From a candidate division WWE3 bacterium (GTDB taxonomy: Bacteria > Patescibacteriota > WWE3 > UBA101185 > UBA10185), in the NCBI GenBank assembly GCA_014729135.1, contig WJKK01000001.1, positions 389,462 through 453,461 on the forward strand: DNA of 64,000 nucleotides, in the 5' to 3' direction. Position numbers and translations under genes: made by a program. Positions within the stretch are counted from its first letter, which is position 1. Each line of letters opens with the position of its first letter. Below the pieces are notes generated by a model, which saw only the letters and a program-made list of their open reading frames with translations, searched no databases and was not told the origin of the DNA. This document shows, one piece after another, positions 57,653 to 64,000 of this stretch.

Positions 57653-59304
57653 TTAGGCAGATTCTTACTCATATAAAGCTTTTCAAGCTCAAAACCCCTC
57701 TTTCTGTAATACTCCCTTGTGCCTATAGCAGAAATAACACTTAACTTTTTCAAACCTTGCACTTTAGCAATTTCTTCAGCCCTTTCCAAAAGCTTAGTGC
57801 CCAGACCCAGATGCTGTGCTTTTCCCTCCATCTCCTTTCCAATAGGAACAACCTGACCATAAACATGAATTTCCCTTATAATTGCGGAATTTTCAAGCTC
57901 CTCTATAAAATGCCCCTTTTGATATTTTCTTTTTGGAATTGAAAGACGCAAAAAACCAGCTATCTCATCCTTTTTTGTTACAAATGAAATGAAGTACTCT
58001 GTTGAAATCGTAGTCTTATATTTTTGTACCTGCAGCTCCAAGTCCTCTTGAGTCACTTCTTTGTTTTTAATTTCCCGGCATCTAATGCACTTACAGGAGT
58101 TGCCTTCCTTTTTAAGCTTATTAAAAACCAGCTGCCTTAGATTAGATCTTTTTGTTCCTGCTGCAATCTCCTGAGAGGGTATGTCCCGCATAACTCTTGT
58201 GATTCTGCAGAATTTAGGCACTTGCTTTTTAAGTTCAGCCACAAGATTTACCAGAGTTTCTTCTGCATAAGGAGTGTATTTGCCTGCTTCGAAAAGTTCG
58301 TGAAGTTTTGTGTTTTCAATTACCGAAGTAGGGTAGATTTTTAATTCATCCGGTTGAAAATCCTTTGACCATAGCTTTTTAAAATCCTTTACATCTTTTT
58401 TAGGAGTTGCCCCATGCAGATTTACCATCCAATGAGCCTGAATTTTAAATCCTGCCAAACGCAGCAGCTCAAAAGCCTTCTTAATTTGTTTTACGGTATG
58501 ATCGCGTTTGTTTAATTTAAGCAGTTTATTATTAAGAGTTTGCACGCCAATTTGCACTTTTGTACACCCTAAACTTCGCAAGTGAATTACTTCCTCTTTG
58601 GTTATTAGATCCGGACGAGTTTCCAAGGAAAGGCCCACACATTTGTGTTTTGCAGTTTCGTTAATTTTCTGCTGCTCTCGTAGCTCTTTTAAAGTTGCTT
58701 TTTTTTCTGGATTTTTCTTTTTGCTCTGTTTCTTTTCCGTTGGATTATTCGAAGCCTCAAAACACCTCTTTATAAACCAAACCTGATAACCCTTTGGATA
58801 CGCCGACCAAGAACCTCCCAAAACAATTAGTTCCACTTTTTCGGTATTATGCCCAATATTTTTTAGCGCCTGAATACGCCTCTGCACCTGCAAATAAGGA
58901 TCAAAATTTAAAGCTGCAGCTCTTTGGGCCCCCGGTTCACTTTCTATATAGCTTTTTGGCATATTTGGCTCATTAGGGCAATAAATACATTTTCCCGGAC
59001 ATGGCCAAGGCTTTGTTAGCACCGTTACCGGAGTTACTCCCGATTGCGTGCGAATGGGCTTCATCCTAATTCTTTTGATAATCTTTTTATTTGGTTCAAG
59101 GAGGTTGTTTTTTACAAGATGTTTATAGCCTCTTAAAAGGTCGTTCTTGCTAAACATATGCTTTCCATCTTTGGGGTGCTGCGCTTGAATCTGTCTAAGC
59201 CTGTCTTTATCCCACTTTTCCTCAGTTTGAATAGCTTTCAAAATTTTCAGCAGGATCTTTTCGTATTTTTCTGCCTCAAACTTATATTTTTGCGTCTTGT
59301 ACAT
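57646..59304 (-). CDS. elp3: Elp3-family radical SAM/GNAT tRNA U34 modification enzyme
   Basis: CPGKCIYCP, PKSY..EPG, ETRPD, KIYP, CRCIRCRE-like motif, REIHVYG, QHLGLG. Confidence 0.92.
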   Translation of the reverse strand: MYKTQKYKFEAEKYEKILLKILKAIQTEEKWDKDRLRQIQAQHPKDGKHMFSKNDLLRGYKHLVKNNLLEPNKKIIKRIRMKPIRTQSGVTPVTVLTKPWPCPGKCIYCPNEPNMPKSYIESEPGAQRAAALNFDPYLQVQRRIQALKNIGHNTEKVELIVLGGSWSAYPKGYQVWFIKRCFEASNNPTEKKQSKKKNPEKKATLKELREQQKINETAKHKCVGLSLETRPDLITKEEVIHLRSLGCTKVQIGVQTLNNKLLKLNKRDHTVKQIKKAFELLRLAGFKIQAHWMVNLHGATPKKDVKDFKKLWSKDFQPDELKIYPTSVIENTKLHELFEAGKYTPYAEETLVNLVAELKKQVPKFCRITRVMRDIPSQEIAAGTKRSNLRQLVFNKLKKEGNSCKCIRCREIKNKEVTQEDLELQVQKYKTTISTEYFISFVTKKDEIAGFLRLSIPKRKYQKGHFIEELENSAIIREIHVYGQVVPIGKEMEGKAQHLGLGTKLLERAEEIAKVQGLKKLSVISAIGTREYYRKRGFELEKLYMSKNLPNQ

Positions 59305-59340
59305 GCGCGTATTTTAGCACTAAGGTATAATCTTCATGTT

Positions 59341-60330
59341 GTGAAACTAAAAACGGAAAAGTCAGAAAATACCTCCGCGGAAAAAAACAAAAAGGGGAAG
59401 CTTTTAAAAACAGGCCTAAAAATACTTGTAAGCTCGGTTCTTTTGTACGTCATTTTCTCCAGAATCGATAAAGAAAGCTTCATTCAAAACATAAGCCTTA
59501 TGGATTTGCGTCTAGCCCCCTTCATCATAGGTTTTATAATTCTTAACTACATAGTAAGCGCTTTTCGTTGGAAGCAGCTTCTTATCTATAAGGAAACACG
59601 TCAAGTGAAGCTTCCTTATCTAATAAATCTCTATTTCATCGGTTCTTTTTTCAACAACTTTATGCCTACAAGCATAGGTGGCGATGTGTTTAAGATGTAC
59701 CAACTTGGCCGCAAAATAGGTAATGCAGCAAAAGGCCTTTCCGCAACTTTCATGGAGCGTTTTACAGGAATCATTGCTTTGGTGACGATTTCCTATTTTG
59801 GTTTAATTAGAACGCTTCCGTTTTGGGTGGAAATGTTACCTGCAGATGCTCAAGCCAATCCCTTGTTGGTTACACTTTTTAAAGTCGTTTTATTTACGGG
59901 ATTTTGGATAGCTGCCGTCATTGGGTTTTTCTCTTTAAGCATTTTAGCCAAAAAAATATCCTTTTTTGAAAAAATCTATTCAGCACTTATTTCCTATAAG
60001 AACAACACGAAGCCTCTTTTTAAAGCCTTTTTAATTTCATTTGCCGTCCAACTCCTTTCAATTTTCACCCAATACTTCATTTTCCTTTCTTTAGGCGTGG
60101 AATTACCTTTGTTCTATTCCTTTTTTGTGTTTCCCGTTATAACTTTAGCCGGATTTTTTGTGCCTTCCTTAAATGGTCTTGGTGTTCAGGATGCCCTATA
60201 TATCAGCTTTATGGGAATGGTTGGAGTTTCGGAATCTTTAGCTTTAAGCGCCTCTATTCTTTATCATCTCTCCCGACTTTTGGTAAGCTTAATTGGAGGA
60301 GTTTTATATGCCCTGGGAAAAAATGAATAA
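59341..60330 (+). CDS. UPF0104/lysylphosphatidylglycerol-synthase-TM family putative flippase
   Basis: RW..LL, FFNNFMPTSIGGD, ER, P..NGLGV.D; start codon uncertain. Confidence 0.85.
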   Translation: MKLKTEKSENTSAEKNKKGKLLKTGLKILVSSVLLYVIFSRIDKESFIQNISLMDLRLAPFIIGFIILNYIVSAFRWKQLLIYKETRQVKLPYLINLYFIGSFFNNFMPTSIGGDVFKMYQLGRKIGNAAKGLSATFMERFTGIIALVTISYFGLIRTLPFWVEMLPADAQANPLLVTLFKVVLFTGFWIAAVIGFFSLSILAKKISFFEKIYSALISYKNNTKPLFKAFLISFAVQLLSIFTQYFIFLSLGVELPLFYSFFVFPVITLAGFFVPSLNGLGVQDALYISFMGMVGVSESLALSASILYHLSRLLVSLIGGVLYALGKNE

Positions 60331-61945
60331 ACTATTTACAAATAAGGTTCTCCTGATTTTTGTTTTCATAGTGCTTTTTGCTGCAACCCGCCTTCCTTAT
60401 TTAGGTAAAGATGCCATTAATCCCGATGCTGTTAATTGGCACTATCGTTCAGAGCAGTTTGTTGTGGGTTTAAAAAATGGAATTTGGGAAAAGACCTATC
60501 AGCATTATCACCCGGGAGTTACTTTGATGTGGGTTTTAGGGCCAACGGTTGAGGTTGCTCGGCAGATTAATCCGGAGTTTCGGGTTTACGATCATCATAA
60601 CTTTTTATATTTGCATACTTTAGGTAAGCAGGTTTTGGTGGCGGTTCAGTTGATTCTTTCTTTAGGGGTTTTGTACGTTTTTTCCAAAATTTTAGGTTTT
60701 TACAAAGGGTTTTTTGTGACGGCGCTTTTTTCTTTAGAGCCTTTTTTCATCGGAAATTCGCGGATGCTTCACATGGATGTTTTGTTGACGCTGTTTTTGT
60801 GTTTGGGCTTGGGTCTTGCTTATTTAGGCCTTTTTTCCGGAAAAGCTTTTAGTAAATCCTCTGAGGGGACTGTCTCTTCAACTGGGCTTTCCAGCAAAGG
60901 TATTTTCAAAACCGGGAACCCCTCAATAGCACTCATCTTCTCCGGAGTCTTTTTAGCGCTTGCTTTCCTAACTAAGAGCATTGCTATAGGGGCCATTCTT
61001 TTTGTTTTAGGCATGGCTGTTTTAGTAAAACTAAAAACCCCCAAGGAATTACCGAAGACTTTATTGCTAATACTTGTCCCTTTTGTTGCGGCTTTATTTC
61101 TGTTCTTTCCGGCACTTTGGGTAGAGCCTGTTCATACCATAGTTCGAATTTTTGATGAAGCCGAACGCGTGGGAATTAGAAAAGGGCATGGTCAGATTTA
61201 TTTTGGCAAGTACACACGAGATCCAGGATTGTTTTTTTATCCTGTTGTGATCTTTTTAAAAACTTCTCCCGTTTTGCTTTTAGGAGTTTTAGCTTTTCTT
61301 GCAACTCTGCTAAAGGCCTCTAAAGGCAAACCTCTAGTTCGATTTTTCCGTGACAATGAAATTTCCTTTTTAGGCTTTTTAACAATATTTTTTGCAGGAT
61401 ACATGTTGGTCATGACCATATCCTCCAAAAAGATTGATCGCTACTTAGTCCCGCTTTTTCCTTACTTAAGCTTAATGGCAGTCTTAGGCTTTGCGTCTTT
61501 AAAAAAGATAAAGAGCGCTGTAATAGTTTCACTTTCTTTACTTGCCCTACTGGCCTTAAACTACAAAGCACATCCTTATCAATTCACGTACACAACTCCT
61601 CTTGTAGGATCTGCCGAAAGAGCCCACTGGATGGTTGCCCAAAAACCTTTTGGCATAGGAATCCCTTATCTTAAAGAGTTAATCCTGGATTCCTACGGCA
61701 AAAACTACCCTCCTCTAGGTTTTTACGATACTAAGCCTATGAAAACAATTTATCCTGCCACAAAAGTAGCTGATGTTGATGTAAATGGCGTTTCGGACTA
61801 TGTGTTTTTGATTCTGGGTCCTAACGAAGAGATGCCTGAGGAAGTCTTGGATTCGCCTTATCCCTTTGAATTAGATAAAGTAGTAAATATAAATGGTTTA
61901 GATTATTGGAGAATTTATGATCGAAAAGGAAATCCCCAAGATTAA
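60323..61945 (+). CDS. GT-C-fold (PMT_2/ArnT-like) glycosyltransferase
   Basis: multi-TM; INPD, YHPGVTLMW, EPF, LTK, K.DRY. Confidence 0.78.
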   Translation: MNKLFTNKVLLIFVFIVLFAATRLPYLGKDAINPDAVNWHYRSEQFVVGLKNGIWEKTYQHYHPGVTLMWVLGPTVEVARQINPEFRVYDHHNFLYLHTLGKQVLVAVQLILSLGVLYVFSKILGFYKGFFVTALFSLEPFFIGNSRMLHMDVLLTLFLCLGLGLAYLGLFSGKAFSKSSEGTVSSTGLSSKGIFKTGNPSIALIFSGVFLALAFLTKSIAIGAILFVLGMAVLVKLKTPKELPKTLLLILVPFVAALFLFFPALWVEPVHTIVRIFDEAERVGIRKGHGQIYFGKYTRDPGLFFYPVVIFLKTSPVLLLGVLAFLATLLKASKGKPLVRFFRDNEISFLGFLTIFFAGYMLVMTISSKKIDRYLVPLFPYLSLMAVLGFASLKKIKSAVIVSLSLLALLALNYKAHPYQFTYTTPLVGSAERAHWMVAQKPFGIGIPYLKELILDSYGKNYPPLGFYDTKPMKTIYPATKVADVDVNGVSDYVFLILGPNEEMPEEVLDSPYPFELDKVVNINGLDYWRIYDRKGNPQD

Positions 61946-63470
61946 AAAGGCTTTTACGGAAAAGATTTGCACTAAAGAGTTGTTTTGTAGAAATAAGACT
62001 TTGATTTTTCTTCTTGTTGTTGGAGGTTTGTTACGGCTGCTTGGTTTAAGGCATGGGTTTCCTTTTATTTTTCATCCGGATGAGCCTTCGGTAATTCGTT
62101 CTGCCTTAGGCATTCGTTTTTTTCCAAATCCGGATCATTTTGATTGGCCTCATCTATATTTTTATCTGAATTACTTTTTGTATATGGGATTTTCAGGTTT
62201 TCGTAACTTTTTGGAGGCGTTACGTTTAAAACCGTTTATTTCCGATATTTTCCCTCTAATTTGGAACGATCCTTTAATCTTTTATTATCTTACTCGGCTT
62301 TTTTCTGCAACTTTGGGGACATTAACAATAATCCCGCTTTATCTTTCCGGCAAAGAACTTTTCGGCAAAAGGGGAGGGATTCTGGCCGCTTCCATTTTAG
62401 CCATCTTTCCTTATCATGTTTGGCATTCTCATTACAGCGTAATTGATGTTCCAATGCTCTTTTTCTTTGCTTGGGCAGTTTATTTTTCTATAAAGGTTTT
62501 ATTTTCGGATAAGCTTTTGCATTACATTTTAGCGGGTGCATTTGTTGGTTTAGCCGCTTCCACTAAATATCATGGAGGTTTTTCCGCTTTCTTTTTAGGA
62601 TTTGTATTTTTTGCAAAGTATCTGTCTTCAAAGGATTTCCCCGGTTTATTGAAGAATAGTTACAAGCCTTTTTTAGCGGGAATAACTTCCCTAGTAACCT
62701 TTCTACTGGGAACTCCTTTTGCTCTTTTGGATTGGGAGACGTTTAGTAGCACGGATTCAGCAAAGGGGGCTTTTTGGCAGTTTACAAATGTAGGAAGCGT
62801 TTCCTTTAATCAGCAGATTTTTCAGTTTTTAAATGCCTTTATTGACAAGTTTATGCATGATTGGAGCATTACTTTTGTTTTTGCTTTTTTGCTTGCAGCA
62901 GGGTATGCGGTCTACATTTTATTTAGGCAAAAGGAGGATATCGCTTTAAAAACCAAGCTTTTAGCACTTTTCGTACCGGCTTTTACCTTTTTAGTTTATA
63001 TTTCCGGTTTTGAGAAAAATCGAAGTCACTATTACATGATTGCCTATCCATTTGTTATTTTAGGTATAAGTTGGTTTCTTTTAACTCTGGAGAAGTTTTC
63101 CAAATCCAAAGAATACGTTATGTTGTTGTTTGTTGTCTTTGCTTTTCCTGTAGTTTTATCTGTTAAGAATATGCTCATGTTTGCATTAAAGGACACGCGT
63201 GTAGTCTTACATGATTGGTACGGTATGCGCTTGGATCTGAAGTCTTATAAGTTTTATTCAGATAGTGACGAGTTGAAGGCGTCGTTAACCGGAGATGGTG
63301 GCAGTGCTAAATCTCCCGAGGATTATGTTATAGGGGAGGAGCTTTCGCCTCCTTATGTTTTAGTGAAGCAATGCTCTTCCGATAAGGAGTTTAAAGATCA
63401 AAAGCCTTTTAAAGTTATAGAAAACACCTTAAGGAGAGGTCCGGAGATCTGTATTTATGTGCAAGATTAA
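61917..63470 (+). CDS. GT-C-fold (PMT_2/ArnT-like) glycosyltransferase
   Basis: HPDE after TM1, P..F.WP.L, GLAASTKY; multi-TM. Confidence 0.82.
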   Translation: MIEKEIPKIKKAFTEKICTKELFCRNKTLIFLLVVGGLLRLLGLRHGFPFIFHPDEPSVIRSALGIRFFPNPDHFDWPHLYFYLNYFLYMGFSGFRNFLEALRLKPFISDIFPLIWNDPLIFYYLTRLFSATLGTLTIIPLYLSGKELFGKRGGILAASILAIFPYHVWHSHYSVIDVPMLFFFAWAVYFSIKVLFSDKLLHYILAGAFVGLAASTKYHGGFSAFFLGFVFFAKYLSSKDFPGLLKNSYKPFLAGITSLVTFLLGTPFALLDWETFSSTDSAKGAFWQFTNVGSVSFNQQIFQFLNAFIDKFMHDWSITFVFAFLLAAGYAVYILFRQKEDIALKTKLLALFVPAFTFLVYISGFEKNRSHYYMIAYPFVILGISWFLLTLEKFSKSKEYVMLLFVVFAFPVVLSVKNMLMFALKDTRVVLHDWYGMRLDLKSYKFYSDSDELKASLTGDGGSAKSPEDYVIGEELSPPYVLVKQCSSDKEFKDQKPFKVIENTLRRGPEICIYVQD

Positions 63471-64000
63471 GTCTTTTATTCAAAATTTTGGTATTGAAAT
63501 TGCTGTTTTTCTCTTTTTTGTGTTGCTGCATATTCCTGGTTTGGGGAGGGAGACGTTTAATACGGATGTGTGGAAGTGGAAGGCTCGAACTTATGATTTT
63601 GGGGAGGGGGTTTTTACGCTGAATTTTGAAAAAACCATTCAAAAGTATCACCCGGGGGTTACTTTAATGTGGATAGGTACTGGGGCTGTAAAGATTTACA
63701 ATTTATATTACGATTTGGTTTTTAGCCATCCTCCTGTAAATAACGATGTCTCCACGGTTTTTGAATTGCATCTGGTTCAGAAGTTTTGTCTGGTAGTTTT
63801 TATTGCGCTTGCTTTATCTTTTTGCATCTATGTTTTAAAAAAGGAGTTTGGAAAGAGGGTTGCGCTTATTTTTGGGATTCTTGCTAGTATAGAGCCTTTT
63901 TACTACGCTTTAACTCGTGTTTTTCACTTGGAAGGTTTGATGTCGATTTTGATGTTGGCCTCTTTTCTGTGGTTTTATCATTATTTGCAGGAGAAGAAGT
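63457..64000 (+). CDS. GT-C-fold glycosyltransferase, partial (runs off window)
   Basis: manual translation MCKIKS...FNTDVWKW...KYHPGVTLMWIG...EPF; paralog of 60323-61945. Confidence 0.8.
   Translation, partial: MCKIKSFIQNFGIEIAVFLFFVLLHIPGLGRETFNTDVWKWKARTYDFGEGVFTLNFEKTIQKYHPGVTLMWIGTGAVKIYNLYYDLVFSHPPVNNDVSTVFELHLVQKFCLVVFIALALSFCIYVLKKEFGKRVALIFGILASIEPFYYALTRVFHLEGLMSILMLASFLWFYHYLQEKK

Noticed and set aside
59158-59340. N-terminal extension of the UPF0104 ORF overlapping elp3
   Set aside because: It would overlap elp3 head-to-head; divergent -10 boxes at 59311-59331 favour a start near 59341.
1-64000. Alternative genetic code, rRNA/tRNA genes, CRISPR arrays, transposases
   Set aside because: Conserved genes translate intact in code 11 with TGG for Trp and TGA as stop; none of these elements were recognised by eye.

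Overview
Bacterial chromosomal window, genetic code 11. It most likely comes from a Patescibacteria/CPR organism. This is an inference from the missing rpmD in the spc operon, the shortened r-proteins, the archaeal-type AspRS/ProRS, the membrane-anchored Clp and the many GT-C enzymes. Layout: (1) 1-15.6 kb, the S10-spc-alpha ribosomal superoperon joined to rplM-rpsI; (2) 15.6-28.8 kb, a mixed region with an xre / radC-tasA-like-sipW module, a membrane-anchored Clp ATPase, wHTH-NUDIX, greA-like, prfB, recJ and a kinase-like ORF; (3) 29-39.6 kb, aspS-ybaK-dac, gltX and recA-recX-rny-ymdB-hup; (4) 39.7-64 kb, a large surface-glycosylation cluster interrupted by yjjX-proS and elp3. The best finding is a complete T-box riboswitch upstream of aspS. 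It has an ultrashort Stem I, an architecture known from actinobacterial ileS, but it carries an Asp (GAC) specifier and a transcription terminator. Other notable items: about 14 genes have a -10 box only 6-7 nt upstream of the ATG, which suggests leaderless mRNAs; a 6S-like structured RNA lies upstream of rny; an attenuator-like leader precedes rplC; and L3 carries an internal deletion. All calls come from reading the sequence by eye, and no searches were run.
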